From Candidatus Hydrogenedentota bacterium (GTDB lineage: Bacteria > Hydrogenedentota > Hydrogenedentia > Hydrogenedentales > SLHB01), in NCBI GenBank assembly GCA_963674865.2, contig CAXXYE010000009.1, positions 832,001 through 896,000 on the forward strand: 64,000 nt of DNA, given 5' to 3'. The first letter of the stretch is position 1. Each line of letters starts with the position of its first letter. The notes under the pieces are model-generated. The model saw only the letters and a program-made list of their open reading frames with translations. It was not told where the DNA came from and did no database searches. Position numbers and translations under genes: made by a program. This document shows positions 49,931 to 60,696 of this stretch, piece after piece.

Positions 49931-51038
49931 TATCAAGACGCTGGTCGTGAAGATCGGCACGTCATTGCTTACCGGCGCGCAGGGCTTTGACGGGCGCACC
50001 ATGGAGGCGGTGGGCCAGGAATTGGCCGAACTCAAGCGTACACGCGGCCTTAACGTCCTCATCGTGTCATCCGGCGCCATCGGGTGCGGTATGGACGTGC
50101 TTGGCATGAAGGAGCGCCCCCGATTGCTTCCCATCAAGCAGGCAGTGGCGGCCGTCGGACAGTCGCGCCTGATGCATTACTACGAGACCTTGCTACGGAC
50201 GTATGGGCATGGCATCAAGACCGCCCAGATCCTCTTGTCCGCGGCGGACCTGGATAGCCGCCAGGGCTACCTCAACGTGCGCAACACAACCAAGGCTCTG
50301 TTTGAGATGGATGGCGTCATTCCCGTGGTCAATGAAAACGACTCCGTGGCGATTGAGGAGTTGCGCTTCGGCGACAACGACACGCTCGCTGCGAAAGTGG
50401 CGGCCAAGATCGACGCCGATCTGCTCATCATCCTCTGCGATGTGGACGGGCTCTACGACAGGAATCCCGCACGGCACAAAGATGCGCAACCCATTCCTCA
50501 CGTGGCGCAGGTTACCGAGGAGATTGAGGCTCTCGCCGATGACACGGTCACCGAGACCACCGTCGGCGGGATGAAGACCAAGCTTGCCGCGGCGAAGATT
50601 GCCTGCGCCACGGGCCTCACCATGGTAATTGCCAATGGCAGGAGGCCGGGCATCGTCAACGATGTGCTTGCCGGACGCGGGCCGATGACGGTGTTCGGGC
50701 GGAAACCCGGCCCGATGCCTCATCGGAAGCGGTGGATCGCCTTCGGGCGTACTACTCAGGGCACTGTGCAGGTGGATGACGGCGCCCGCAAAGCCTTAGT
50801 GGACGGGGGAAAGAGTCTCCTTGCCGCGGGTATCACCGACATCCAGGGCAGTTTCGGTGTGGGCGCTGCCGTGCGGATCGTCGATGCCGCACGGAAGAAG
50901 ATCGCCCGGGGGCTGGTAAACTACTCGAGCGAGGATCTCCTTCGTATAAAAGGCCACAGGAGTCACGAAATCCAGTCTATTCTAGGCAGAAAGGACTTCG
51001 ATGAAGTGGTCCACCGAGACAACCTTGTCATTCTATAG
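49911..51038 (+). CDS. proB: Glutamate 5-kinase
   Basis: VVKIGTS, VSSGA, NEND, FGDND, GGM.TK, PUA domain; start uncertain. Confidence 0.96.
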   Translation: MNTIPTDIKTLVVKIGTSLLTGAQGFDGRTMEAVGQELAELKRTRGLNVLIVSSGAIGCGMDVLGMKERPRLLPIKQAVAAVGQSRLMHYYETLLRTYGHGIKTAQILLSAADLDSRQGYLNVRNTTKALFEMDGVIPVVNENDSVAIEELRFGDNDTLAAKVAAKIDADLLIILCDVDGLYDRNPARHKDAQPIPHVAQVTEEIEALADDTVTETTVGGMKTKLAAAKIACATGLTMVIANGRRPGIVNDVLAGRGPMTVFGRKPGPMPHRKRWIAFGRTTQGTVQVDDGARKALVDGGKSLLAAGITDIQGSFGVGAAVRIVDAARKKIARGLVNYSSEDLLRIKGHRSHEIQSILGRKDFDEVVHRDNLVIL

Positions 51039-51053
51039 AGGAAGGCTGACGCG

Positions 51054-52307
51054 ATGAGTATTGAGAACAGACTCCAAGACATGGGCAGAAACGCGCGCGC
51101 CGCCGCCAATAGCCTTCGCTCGCTGTCGAGTGCCGTGAAAGACAAGGCGCTCTGTGCCATCGCCGAGAAGCTGCGCGACCAGCCGGCGTGTCTGAAAGCG
51201 GCGAATGCGAAAGACCTCGAAGCCGGCCGGGCGCAGGGGCTGTCAGGCGCCATGCTGGATCGGCTCGAACTCACTGACGGACGCATCGAATCGATGGCGT
51301 CGGGCCTCGAAGCCGTGGCCGCCCTGCCGGATCCTGTCGGCGATATTGTGGGGCAAACCATAAGGCCCAATGGGTTGCGCATCGCTCAGATCCGCCAGCC
51401 CATCGGCGTCGTCGGCATCATCTATGAGAGCCGGCCGAACGTAACCGCGGACGCGGCCGGTTTGTGCCTGAAGTCCGGCAACGCGTGCATCCTGCGCGGC
51501 GGGTCCGAGGCCATTCACTCCAACCTTGCCATCGCGGAGTTTCTTACGGAAGGGGCGATGGCCGCCGGCGTGCCTGAGCACGCCGTGCAAGTTATCGACA
51601 CGACGGACCGCGCCGCGGTCGGCGCCATGCTCAAATTGGACAAGTATATCGACGTTATCGTGCCCAGGGGTGGCAAGGGATTGGTCGCGCGCATCTACGA
51701 CGAGTCGCGGATTCCCGTCGTGGCCCACCTCGATGGCATCTGCCACACGTATGTTCACGGCGACGCGGACCTCGACATGGCCACGCGCATCTGCGCCAAT
51801 GCCAAGCTCCAGCGGCCGGGGGTGTGCAATGCCATGGAAACCATGCTGGTTGACGCTGCCGTGGCGGATGAATTCCTGCCGCGTATAGCCGCGGCGCTCC
51901 GCGAAGGAGGCTGCGAGATTCGCGGATGTGAGCGGACGCAAAGCATCATCGACTGCACGCCGGCTACGGAAGAGGACTGGACCACCGAGTACCTCGACAG
52001 GATCCTCTCCGTCAAGGTTGTGGCGGGGCTGGATGAAGCGATTTCCCATATCAACGACTATGGGTCGCACCATTCCGACGCAATTGTCACGGAGAGTTAT
52101 GCCGTCGCGGAACGCTTCCTGGACGAGGTGGACAGCGCAAGTGTCTACGTGAACGCCTCGACGCGCTTTACAGACGGATTCGAGTTCGGCCTCGGCGCGG
52201 AGATTGGTATCAGCACCAACAAGCTTCACTGCCGAGGTCCCATGGCCCTCAAGGAACTGACAACGCTCAAATACGTGGTTCGGGGAGTAGGGCAGATTCG
52301 TGAGTGA
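51054..52307 (+). CDS. proA: Gamma-glutamyl phosphate reductase
   Basis: IYESRPNVT, GVCNAME, NASTRFTDG.EFG.GAEIGIST. Confidence 0.97.
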   Translation: MSIENRLQDMGRNARAAANSLRSLSSAVKDKALCAIAEKLRDQPACLKAANAKDLEAGRAQGLSGAMLDRLELTDGRIESMASGLEAVAALPDPVGDIVGQTIRPNGLRIAQIRQPIGVVGIIYESRPNVTADAAGLCLKSGNACILRGGSEAIHSNLAIAEFLTEGAMAAGVPEHAVQVIDTTDRAAVGAMLKLDKYIDVIVPRGGKGLVARIYDESRIPVVAHLDGICHTYVHGDADLDMATRICANAKLQRPGVCNAMETMLVDAAVADEFLPRIAAALREGGCEIRGCERTQSIIDCTPATEEDWTTEYLDRILSVKVVAGLDEAISHINDYGSHHSDAIVTESYAVAERFLDEVDSASVYVNASTRFTDGFEFGLGAEIGISTNKLHCRGPMALKELTTLKYVVRGVGQIRE

Positions 52308-52911
52308 CGGAGAGCGTATCGGGGTCTTTGGCGGTACCTTCGACCCGATCCACAATACGCACATCGATATAGCGCGGACGGCCCTCATGCATGCCCGGCT
52401 CGACCGCGTGCTCTTTGTCGTGTCCGCGCGCCCGCCCCACAAGGATGGCGTGCCCGGCGCCAGCCCGGAGGAGCGCATGGCCATGGTGGTAGCCGCCATC
52501 GAGGGTGAGGCTGTCATGGAGCCCTGCCGCCTTGAACTGGATCGTCCGGGGCCCTCTTACACGTGCCAGACACTTGCCGAACTCGCGGGCTTGTTCCCGA
52601 GCGCGGCGCTCTTCCTTGTGGTGGGCTACGATGCGCTTCTTGATCTGCCGAAGTGGCGGAAGCCGGAGGCCATTCTCGCGCGGGCCCGCCTTCTGGTGGT
52701 GCCTCGCCCCGGGGAGCGGCCGCGGCCGTCGGCGATGGTTGACGGACGCTACGAACTCTTGCCATTCAAGGAGATGACGCTCTCGTCTACGGAAGTCCGG
52801 GAGCGCATCGCCGCCGGGGAGCCGTTTGAGCATCTTGTCCCCCCTGGAGTGGCGCAGCTTATCCGCGAGAGGAGCATCTATGACGCCGACGCTGCAAACG
52901 GCACGGACTGA
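52300..52911 (+). CDS. nadD: Nicotinate-nucleotide adenylyltransferase
   Basis: GVFGGTFDPIH, PPHK, SYT..TL and SSTEVR motifs. Confidence 0.93.
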   Translation: MSDGERIGVFGGTFDPIHNTHIDIARTALMHARLDRVLFVVSARPPHKDGVPGASPEERMAMVVAAIEGEAVMEPCRLELDRPGPSYTCQTLAELAGLFPSAALFLVVGYDALLDLPKWRKPEAILARARLLVVPRPGERPRPSAMVDGRYELLPFKEMTLSSTEVRERIAAGEPFEHLVPPGVAQLIRERSIYDADAANGTD

Positions 52912-53470
52912 GGAGTTCCTCGCACTCCTGCGTGCCCGCGTCAAGCCCAAGACCTTTCGCCATTGCGTGTCAACGGCGGAGTTCATGCTGGAACACGCCG
53001 ACGCGCTGCCCATCGACGACCACGAGGAGGCCGTTACCACTGGCCTGCTGCACGACTTGTGCAAGAATCTGTCGGCGCCAGATATGCTCGATACGGCGTG
53101 CCGATACGGGATTGCCCCGACGGATGTCCAGCGAGGTAATCCGGGACTCCTGCACGGCCCCGTCGCCGCTGAGGAGTGCCGTCGAACGCTGGGAATCTCG
53201 GATGATGCCGTCTACGAAGCCGTCTACTGGCATACTACCGGCCACCGGGGGATGGGAGCTTTGGCGTTGGCCTTGTATCTGGCCGATTTCGCCGAGAAGT
53301 GCCGAAGCCATCCGGAGGCTAAGGAAGCGCGGGACGTTCTTGCCGCGGCGGGTTTCCACGCGGCGCTCCGGTTCACCGCCCGAAAGAAGCTTGAACACGT
53401 TCTTACCAAGTCCGTTGTGGACCCGGCCACGGAGGATTTCAGCCATTGGGTGGAGACGCTGACTCACTGA
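52880..53470 (+). CDS. yqeK: HD-domain hydrolase YqeK (Ap4A hydrolase family)
   Basis: RH...LHD..K, LLHG, HTTG and YLAD motifs; follows nadD; GAGGAG RBS. Confidence 0.85.
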   Translation: MTPTLQTARTEEFLALLRARVKPKTFRHCVSTAEFMLEHADALPIDDHEEAVTTGLLHDLCKNLSAPDMLDTACRYGIAPTDVQRGNPGLLHGPVAAEECRRTLGISDDAVYEAVYWHTTGHRGMGALALALYLADFAEKCRSHPEAKEARDVLAAAGFHAALRFTARKKLEHVLTKSVVDPATEDFSHWVETLTH

Positions 53471-54249
53471 TGAACTCCCCCGATCCTTTCGAGTTCCTCG
53501 CGCGGTACTACGACCGCATCATGGACCACGTCGACTACGACCGGTGGTTCATGACGGTTACCGAACTCGCGGCGCTGCTTCCCCGCGAATTTGTTCATCT
53601 CGATGCGGCATGCGGCACGGGCCAACTCGTCAAGCGCCTGCGCCGTGCGGGGTGGGTCGCGTTCGGCACGGACCTGTCCCGCGGCATGTTGCGAGCTGGG
53701 AATAAGGGCCCGGTGGCCGGCCTCACGGCACTGGCCGATTTGAGGGCGATGCCCTTTGCGGGGAGCATCGACTACGCCACGTGCCTGTTCGACAGCATCA
53801 ACTTTCTCACGACCCTCGACGACGTGCGACGCTGCCTCGCCGAGATCGGCCGCGCCCTCTCTACCAATGGCCTGCTCTATCTGGATGCCGTCACGGAGCG
53901 CATGGTGACGGAGCACTTCGCCGGGCAGGGATGGACGGAAGACCACGGGACATTCTCGTCAAGCTGGCAGACGCACTACGCCTTTGACAGCAAGATCGCC
54001 GATACGGAGATACGCATCAATCACGGGCCGGTGACCTTGATTCGGGAGCGGGTCTATGAGCAGGCCGACATCGAGTCGGCCTTTGAAGACGCCGGTCTTA
54101 CCGTGCTCGGCGCCTACGACGCTGAGACCTGGGAGCCGCCTGACGCGAAGACCCTTCGGATCGACTTTGTGGCGGCCAAAGGGGACGCCCGGCCGCGCGT
54201 CAAAGCCTTCCAGAAGGTCTGCGGGACCGTCAAACGGCATCTCGAATAA
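53470..54249 (+). CDS. Class I SAM methyltransferase (YqeM-like)
   Basis: YD..M..VDY, LDAACGTG, DLS..ML and FDSINF motifs; TGATG coupling. Confidence 0.85.
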   Translation: MNSPDPFEFLARYYDRIMDHVDYDRWFMTVTELAALLPREFVHLDAACGTGQLVKRLRRAGWVAFGTDLSRGMLRAGNKGPVAGLTALADLRAMPFAGSIDYATCLFDSINFLTTLDDVRRCLAEIGRALSTNGLLYLDAVTERMVTEHFAGQGWTEDHGTFSSSWQTHYAFDSKIADTEIRINHGPVTLIRERVYEQADIESAFEDAGLTVLGAYDAETWEPPDAKTLRIDFVAAKGDARPRVKAFQKVCGTVKRHLE

Positions 54250-54250
54250 G

Positions 54251-54281
54251 CCCGTCAAGGGTCGTTGAGGCCCTTGACGGG
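54251..54281. terminator. Hairpin between convergent operons
   Basis: CCCGTCAAGGG-N9-CCCTTGACGGG, perfect 11-bp stem. Confidence 0.65.
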
Positions 54282-54336
54282 AGTAGCGAGTTCTTGGGTG
54301 TGGACGGAAGTCCACCCGTTCACTTCCGGCTCTCTC

Positions 54337-55986
54337 TTAGCCTAAGATGGCGCCGAGATCCTCCTCCGGGGTCGTGACGGGCTTGATGGCGAACTTCTCT
54401 ACCAAGGTCTCGAGTACCTTCGGTCCTACGAAAGCAGGCAAGGTCGGGCCCAGGCGCATATTCGTGATCCCAAGATGCAGCAGCGTCAGGAGAATCACGA
54501 CAGCCTTCTGCTCGTACCAGCTCAAGATCAGCGAGAGCGGCAAGTCGTTGACTCCGCACTCGAAGGCATTCGCCAAGGCGACGGCAATCTGAATCGCCGA
54601 ATAGGCGTCATTGCACTGGCCTATATCCAGTAGCCGCGGAATCCCGCCGATGTCGCCGAATGCCAGCTTGTTGAACCGGTACTTGCCGCACGCCAGCGTG
54701 AGAATGACACAGTCTTCCGGCACCTTCTGCGCCAGTTCGGTGTAATAATTGCGTCCGGGCTTGGCGCCGTCGCACCCGCCGATCAGGAAGAAGTGCCGGA
54801 TCTTGCCCGCCTTGACGGCCTCGATGACCTGGCTGGCGACGCCCATCACGGCCTCATGCCCGAAACCCACCGTGATGTACTCCGCCGGGGCGTCCTCGGC
54901 GAATCCAGGCGCGGCTAGAGCGGCTTCGATAGCGGGGGTGAAATCGCGATTGGCTATGTGCTCGACTCCCGGCCACCGGACGAGCCCACAGGTGAAGATC
55001 CTGTCCAGGTAGGCGTCCTTGGGCTTCTGGATGCAGTTAGTCGTCATCAGAATGGCGCCCGGGAAGGCGTCGAACTCCGCCCGCTGATCCTGCCACGCTC
55101 CGCCGTAGTTCCCAACGAGGTGCTTGTACGCTTTCAGGCCCGGATAGGCATGGCACGGAAGCATCTCGCCGTGGGTGTAGACGTTGATTCCCTTGCCTTC
55201 GGTTTGCTTCAGGAGTTCTTCGAGATCCTTCAGGTCGTGCCCCGAAACGCAGATGCACTTGCCCGCAACGGGCGTCACCCGCACCTGGGTGGGCTCTGGA
55301 TGGCCGTAGGCGCCCGTGTTCGCCGTGTCGAGCAGTTCCATCACGCGGAGGTTGACCTCGCCAACGCGGAGCGCCATGCCGACGAGGGCGTCCACCTCAC
55401 CGGGATTCGTGGCCAGGAAATCGAGGGCCTCGTGGACGAAGGCATAGACGGCGTCATCTTCAACGCCGAGGATCTGCGCGTGATCCACATAGGCGGCCAT
55501 GCCTTTCAATCCGTAGAGCACCAATTCCTGAAGGCCGCCGACATCGTTTCCCAGAGCCTCAAGGCGTGAGGCAATGGTGACACGTTCGCCTTCCCGGATG
55601 AGTTCAGCGTTGTCGTTGGGGCCTTGCCAGGCGGCCGGGCCGCCGACCGTCTCCGGCTTCCGGCCCGCGCCGCCGCAGGCGTCTTCGTATAGCTTCTTGG
55701 CCTGTGCTTGGAGTCCCAGTCCCTCCCGGACGAGTTGGGCCACGGTCTCCGCGTCGAAATTGACGTTGGTAACCGTCGAAAACAGGGCCTCCACGACGAA
55801 CACGTCGATGGCGTGGTCCTTCGCGCCAAGCTGGCGGGCTCGGTGCGCGTACTGGGCGATGCCTTCGGCGACATGGATCAAGAGATCCTGCAGGGCCGCC
55901 GTCTCCGGATCCTTGCCGCATACGCCGAAGGCGGTGCAGCCCGATTCCTTGGCGGTTTGTTCACACTGGTAGCAGAACATGCTCAT
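54337..55986 (-). CDS. hcp: Hybrid cluster protein (hydroxylamine/NO reductase)
   Basis: MFCYQCEQ...GC...GVCGK, SGHDL, THGEMLP, TNC, GGCD, GQCND and WYEQKA; true start 55986 (AAGGAG). Confidence 0.97.
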   Translation of the reverse strand: MSMFCYQCEQTAKESGCTAFGVCGKDPETAALQDLLIHVAEGIAQYAHRARQLGAKDHAIDVFVVEALFSTVTNVNFDAETVAQLVREGLGLQAQAKKLYEDACGGAGRKPETVGGPAAWQGPNDNAELIREGERVTIASRLEALGNDVGGLQELVLYGLKGMAAYVDHAQILGVEDDAVYAFVHEALDFLATNPGEVDALVGMALRVGEVNLRVMELLDTANTGAYGHPEPTQVRVTPVAGKCICVSGHDLKDLEELLKQTEGKGINVYTHGEMLPCHAYPGLKAYKHLVGNYGGAWQDQRAEFDAFPGAILMTTNCIQKPKDAYLDRIFTCGLVRWPGVEHIANRDFTPAIEAALAAPGFAEDAPAEYITVGFGHEAVMGVASQVIEAVKAGKIRHFFLIGGCDGAKPGRNYYTELAQKVPEDCVILTLACGKYRFNKLAFGDIGGIPRLLDIGQCNDAYSAIQIAVALANAFECGVNDLPLSLILSWYEQKAVVILLTLLHLGITNMRLGPTLPAFVGPKVLETLVEKFAIKPVTTPEEDLGAILG

Positions 55987-56032
55987 GGTTGTGCTCCTTT
56001 TCGTCTTGTTTGCAGTTGGTTGCGATCTAGGC

Positions 56033-56797
56033 TCATGACGCCGCCTTATGTTTCTTCGCGGGGGTGCGTTCCGGAAACGCCGGCGCGCACTCACCGATAA
56101 TGCATCCCTCGATGCTGATGACGACCTCTTGGATGGGCGCCTCCGACCCCGCCAATTCCCGGGCTTGCAGCACCAGTTGCAGCAGTCCCCGGCAGCACGG
56201 CACCTCCATTCGCACCACGGTGACGCTTGGCGGGCGTGCCCCTGCGAATAGCTCGGCCAGCTTCGCAATGTATCCCGTGAGGTCGTCCAGCTTGGGGCAG
56301 GCGATGACTACGGCCCGCCCCGCGAGCAGGTCCCGATGGAACGCGCCGTGGGCGAAGGCCGTGCAATCGGCGGCGATCAGGAGATCCTTGCCTTGGAAAT
56401 GCGGCGCTGCCGGGTTGGCCAGATGCAACTGTATGGGCCAGTGCGTCAGCTCCGAGGGGGTGCTTCCCGCCCGCTCACGCTTCTCTGCCTTGGGCCAGGG
56501 GCTGAATGTGCGGGACGCCGCGCCGGGGCACGGCGAGCCGTGTGAGGCCATGCGCGCCCGGGTGGCCTCCTCATCGAAAGGTGATGCCTGGCGGCGCTCA
56601 ACCGTGAGGGCGCCGGTAGGGCATTCGCCGATGCATGCGCCCAAACCGTCGCAATAAACTTCGCTCACGAGCTTGGCCTTGCCGTTGACGAGCCGGAGCG
56701 CCCCCTCCGGACAGGCCCTGACGCATTGGCCGCAGCCGTTGCACTTCTCTTCGTCTATGTGGATGACATCGCGAATTGCCATAGTCTGCTGCTCCAT
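56033..56797 (-). CDS. 4Fe-4S ferredoxin-like protein (FrdX type, hcp-associated)
   Basis: CNGCGQC...CP and [13 protein letters not shown]-terminal WP.QL, ADC, ACPKLD and MEVPCC. Confidence 0.88.
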   Translation of the reverse strand: MEQQTMAIRDVIHIDEEKCNGCGQCVRACPEGALRLVNGKAKLVSEVYCDGLGACIGECPTGALTVERRQASPFDEEATRARMASHGSPCPGAASRTFSPWPKAEKRERAGSTPSELTHWPIQLHLANPAAPHFQGKDLLIAADCTAFAHGAFHRDLLAGRAVVIACPKLDDLTGYIAKLAELFAGARPPSVTVVRMEVPCCRGLLQLVLQARELAGSEAPIQEVVISIEGCIIGECAPAFPERTPAKKHKAAS

Positions 56798-56843
56798 CTC
56801 ACTCCTTCTTGCTCAACCGTACAGCAAGCCGGGCGAGAAAGCC

Positions 56844-56857
56844 TTGATCTAAGTCAA
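56844..56857. promoter_or_regulatory. Crp/Fnr (HcpR/Dnr-type) binding site
   Basis: TTGAT-CTAA-GTCAA, centred at -41.5 relative to minus-strand -10 TACGGT (56821-56816). Confidence 0.8.
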
Positions 56858-56950
56858 GCCCCCGCCCTAGGCTATATCCTGGCGCGGGTGAGCCGGATAT
56901 TCTCTACCCACGCCCTGAATGGCAAGGACGCAGTCCAAGCGGGAAGACGC

Positions 56951-57643
56951 ATGACGAATCAGGCCGAGGACATTGCTCAAATCCCTCTATTTCAAGGACT
57001 TGCCGAGCCCTACCGCCGCGACCTGGCGGGGATCGCTGAGAAACGCCGTGTCGGTAGAGGCGAAGCCGTTTTCTACGAAGGCGACGAGGCCGACGGCTTC
57101 TACGCCGTGCTCGCGGGGCGCGTGCGGATCTTCAAATTGTCACCGGAAGGCAAGGAGCAGATCCTGCACATCTTCGGCCCCGGTGAAGTCTTCGGTGAGG
57201 TGCCTATGTTTGCCGGCCGGCATTTCCCGGCTCATGCCGGCGCGCTCGAGTCGTCCCGCATCCTCTTTTTCCCCCGGCCGGCCTTCACGGATCTCATTCG
57301 CCGCGAGCCTGACCTGGCGCTCAACATGCTCGCCATCCTCGCCGAGCGTCTACGCCTGTTCACCGGCCTCATCGAGGGCTTGTCGCTCAAGGAAGTGCCG
57401 GGCCGGCTGGCCGCCCATCTTCTCTATCTGAGCGAGGCCCAGGGCCAGGCTCCCGACCTCACCCTCGATATCTCGAAGTCCCAACTCGCCAATCTCCTTG
57501 GGACGATTCCCGAGACGCTCTCCAGGATCTTAGCGAGGATGAGCAGCGCAGGGCTGGTCGAGCTAAGCGGGACGCGGGGCATCCGTATTGCCGATCGCCC
57601 CGGCCTCGAGGCCATTGCTGCCGGCGAGTGCCGCCTGGACTGA
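56951..57643 (+). CDS. hcpR: Crp/Fnr family regulator (HcpR-like)
   Basis: cNMP-fold (GKEQIL...FGE) and HTH GTIPETLSR; divergent from ferredoxin-hcp; start reassigned to ATG 56951. Confidence 0.82.
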   Translation: MTNQAEDIAQIPLFQGLAEPYRRDLAGIAEKRRVGRGEAVFYEGDEADGFYAVLAGRVRIFKLSPEGKEQILHIFGPGEVFGEVPMFAGRHFPAHAGALESSRILFFPRPAFTDLIRREPDLALNMLAILAERLRLFTGLIEGLSLKEVPGRLAAHLLYLSEAQGQAPDLTLDISKSQLANLLGTIPETLSRILARMSSAGLVELSGTRGIRIADRPGLEAIAAGECRLD

Positions 57644-57691
57644 GAGGTCGCCGCCAACGTCCCTTTGTCACAGGCCCTTGCGGCTATCGTG

Positions 57692-58075
57692 TTATTTCTT
57701 CTTGCGCAGGTGCCTGATGTAGTCCCTGAGAATTCGCAAGAAGGAGAGAAGAAACAAGGCCAACACCGCAGTGCCGAAATAGCTTCCGCGGTGCGTCCAG
57801 AGGGTGAATATGAGGACGGCGATGGCGAATCCGATGAGCGCGAGGGTGGCCATGTCGCCCAGGAACTCGGGCGCGTGCTTCCGCTGGAGTTTTCTGGGCA
57901 GGAATGCGATGACGAAGATCGTCAGCATGGCCAGGGCCATGCCCGGGACAATGTACGCGTAAAGGCCATATTCCTCTCGCCGTGCGAGCGCAATCCACAC
58001 GGATACCCCCACCACGCCGAGCCAGACGACGGCCAGGAAGACAGTCCTTGCCTTCATCCCCAGTTTCGCCATCAT
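57692..58075 (-). CDS. Hypothetical 4-TM membrane protein
   Basis: Four hydrophobic helices, basic tail, GAGGG RBS. Confidence 0.65.
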   Translation of the reverse strand: MMAKLGMKARTVFLAVVWLGVVGVSVWIALARREEYGLYAYIVPGMALAMLTIFVIAFLPRKLQRKHAPEFLGDMATLALIGFAIAVLIFTLWTHRGSYFGTAVLALFLLSFLRILRDYIRHLRKKK

Positions 58076-58158
58076 CGCCCCTCGGCTCGCCGCATTGCCT
58101 CCGTGCCTGCTCTTATCGTGGCTGGACCTACGTTCAGCTAAGAATCCACCTCAGGGCC

Positions 58159-58998
58159 TCACCCGGCCTTATCGGCGGATGGGGCAGCTCTTTCGCCGGC
58201 GTCCTCGGCACGCTCCTGGACTTGTTGCTTCTGCAAGAGGCGTCGCTGCTCCGCGACAGCCAGGTCGTGGGCCTCATCCCCCTCGGCCCCCGCAGGCCGA
58301 CGTTCGAGTTCGGCCAGGTGTTGAGTACGGCCGTAGAGGATCAGCGTGTCGCCCGCGCGGATATAGGTATCGCCCGTGGGAGTGCCCACGTAGCTGCCAT
58401 CGGCCCGGTGGATGCCCAATACCTGTACGCCTTCGTCGGAGAGGCGCAGGTGCGTGAGATCCTTACCCGCCAGCCACTCTTCCGCCTCAACGTCCAACTC
58501 GCCAACGGTGTAGCCGTCCGAGAGGTGCAAGCGCCCAAGGTAATCATAGGCGTCCAGCCGCGTGAAGCGCTTCAAGGCCCAGCCGATGATCCGCGAGAGT
58601 TGCCGATCGATCCATTGACTGGATGAAAGTCCCCATAGGCAGAGCAGTCCGAGCCCGATCCATCCCAGACGGCTGATGAGGCCGATCACAGAGGGGTCGT
58701 TTCTGAGAAAAATGGGAATCAGCGACGAGATGGCCATGACCACGGTACCGTTGCCGAGCAGCATCAGAATCATGACGATGCGCCGCCGCACCGGGTGCTG
58801 CACGATGGACTCAGACTCGCCTGTGGTGAAGCCGCAGCCCGTGAACGCCGAACGCGCCTGGAATCGCGCCAACTCGCGTGACAGCCCGGTGAACGTAAGC
58901 GCCACCGTGGCGACGCGCATGACCAATAGGCCAACCAACACTACCACGAGCAGTGTGACAACAGGTGTGACAATCCCTAGCACAAAGTCGCCTCCCAA
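58159..58998 (-). CDS. Membrane protein with TrkA-C (RCK_C) domain
   Basis: A.FQA.SAFTG.GFTT.ESE...HP.RR motif and C-terminal VLGI.R...I.AGD.L. Confidence 0.85.
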   Translation of the reverse strand: MGGDFVLGIVTPVVTLLVVVLVGLLVMRVATVALTFTGLSRELARFQARSAFTGCGFTTGESESIVQHPVRRRIVMILMLLGNGTVVMAISSLIPIFLRNDPSVIGLISRLGWIGLGLLCLWGLSSSQWIDRQLSRIIGWALKRFTRLDAYDYLGRLHLSDGYTVGELDVEAEEWLAGKDLTHLRLSDEGVQVLGIHRADGSYVGTPTGDTYIRAGDTLILYGRTQHLAELERRPAGAEGDEAHDLAVAEQRRLLQKQQVQERAEDAGERAAPSADKAG

Positions 58999-59313
58999 CC
59001 GTCAGGCGTGGGCCGCTTGCCCGCCTCTGACACCAACGCCATTCTGCCAACGGCACGATCTCGCGATCAAATAGCTCTTAGGTGCGGTTTGACCGACTGT
59101 CTCAGCGCCGGCCTGTCAGTCGTCAGTTTTCGGTGCCTGGAAATGGTTGCGGCAGCACCGGTGTTCTTGTCTGCGGCCCTTGGATGTGGCAAAATGCCCA
59201 CTCCTGTGATCCACCCTTGATTGAGGTGTAGGACTCTGGATGATTAGCCCGGATGTATTGGCACGTTCCGGAGCCGGTGTCCGTGTTGCCGCTCGATGGG
59301 ATAGACTACCCGT

Positions 59314-60696
59314 ATGAGTTTTGTCAGACTGAGGAAAGGGTTGACCCTCCCTATTACCGGGGAACCTGAGCAGGTTATCAGCCCTGGGGTCGAGGTGCGG
59401 CACATCGCCGTGCTGGGGCCCGACGACTACATCGGGATGCGGCCGCGTATGGCCGTGCAAGAAGGCGATACCGTCAAGCGCGGCCAACTCCTCTTTGATG
59501 ACAAGCGGACGCCCGGCGTGCGCCATACGGCCCCTGGGGCCGGGACGGTGGTCGCGGTTCATCGCGGCGAGCGGCGCAAGCTCCTCTCAGTAATGATCGA
59601 ACTTAACGAGCGGGAGCGTCAGGGCCAACCGCTTGAAGACGATCAAGTCGCCTTCGAGAGTTTCACGGGCGAGCCCATCATCCGGCTCACCGATGAGGGA
59701 ATCCAGGCCCTGCTCCTTGAGTCAGGTTTGTGGAGCGCGCTCCGCACGAGGCCCTTCAGCAAGGTGGCCGACCCCGCCGCGAAGCCCCACTCCATCTTCG
59801 TGACGGCGATGGATACGAATCCGCTGGCGGCCTCGCCGGAGGTCGTGGCGGCAGGCCAGGAAGAAGCGCTCGAAGCCGGCTTGATGTGTCTGGTGAAGCT
59901 GGGGGGCGTGCCGGTACATCTCTGCCGCTACCACAACTCGTCCATTGCGACAAATCCCAACAGCGGCGTCCTCATCGAGGAGTTCAAAGGCCCGCATCCT
60001 GCCGGCACGGTGGGAGTCCACATCCATTTCGTGGACTCCGTCCGCCGGGAGAAGACGGTGTGGCACATCAACTATCAGGACGTGATCGCGATGGGCCAGC
60101 TCTTTCGGACGGGCCGCCTTGACGTGACGCGCGTCATTTCCCTCGGCGGGCCGTCCGTCTTACGGCCCCGGCTGCTCAGAACGCGCCTCGGAGCATGCAC
60201 GGACGAACTGGTGCATGGCGAGCTGAAGGCCGGCGAACACCGCGTCATCAGTGGCTCGGTACTGTCCGGGCGCGCCGCTATGGGCGAGGAACTCGGATAC
60301 CTGGGACGTTACCACCAGCAAGTCTCGGTGCTCCCGGAGGGCCGAGAACGGCCTTTTCTCGGCTGGCTTCGGCCGGGTTCGGACAAGTTCTCCGTGAGCC
60401 GGGCGTTCTTCTCGTGCCTTCTCCCGCACAAGCGATTTGATCTCACCACGGCGGCGAACGGCAGCCGGCGGGCCATCGTCCCTATCGGGAATTACGAACG
60501 CGTGATGCCGATGGACCTGGAGCCTACATTTCTGCTGCGCGCTTTGGCGGCGGGCGATTTGGAGCGCGCGGAGGAGCTGGGCTGCCTCGAATTGGATGAA
60601 GAAGATCTTGCCCTGTGCACGTTCGTGTGTCCGGGGAAGAATGACTATGGCCCGATGCTTCGACATTGCTTGACGGAGATTGAGAAAGAGGGATGA
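59314..60696 (+). CDS. nqrA: Na+-translocating NADH:quinone reductase subunit A
   Basis: [46 protein letters not shown]. Confidence 0.96.
   Translation: MSFVRLRKGLTLPITGEPEQVISPGVEVRHIAVLGPDDYIGMRPRMAVQEGDTVKRGQLLFDDKRTPGVRHTAPGAGTVVAVHRGERRKLLSVMIELNERERQGQPLEDDQVAFESFTGEPIIRLTDEGIQALLLESGLWSALRTRPFSKVADPAAKPHSIFVTAMDTNPLAASPEVVAAGQEEALEAGLMCLVKLGGVPVHLCRYHNSSIATNPNSGVLIEEFKGPHPAGTVGVHIHFVDSVRREKTVWHINYQDVIAMGQLFRTGRLDVTRVISLGGPSVLRPRLLRTRLGACTDELVHGELKAGEHRVISGSVLSGRAAMGEELGYLGRYHQQVSVLPEGRERPFLGWLRPGSDKFSVSRAFFSCLLPHKRFDLTTAANGSRRAIVPIGNYERVMPMDLEPTFLLRALAAGDLERAEELGCLELDEEDLALCTFVCPGKNDYGPMLRHCLTEIEKEG

Noticed and set aside
55987..56268. Long N-terminal extension of Hcp in the ORF track (also extensions at 33642, 37008, 47850 and 56726)
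   Set aside because: These are most-upstream-start artefacts; RBS and family homology support the downstream starts.
59050..59275. GGCACG motifs upstream of nqrA as possible sigma54 promoters
   Set aside because: Neither has GC at the required GG-N10-GC spacing.
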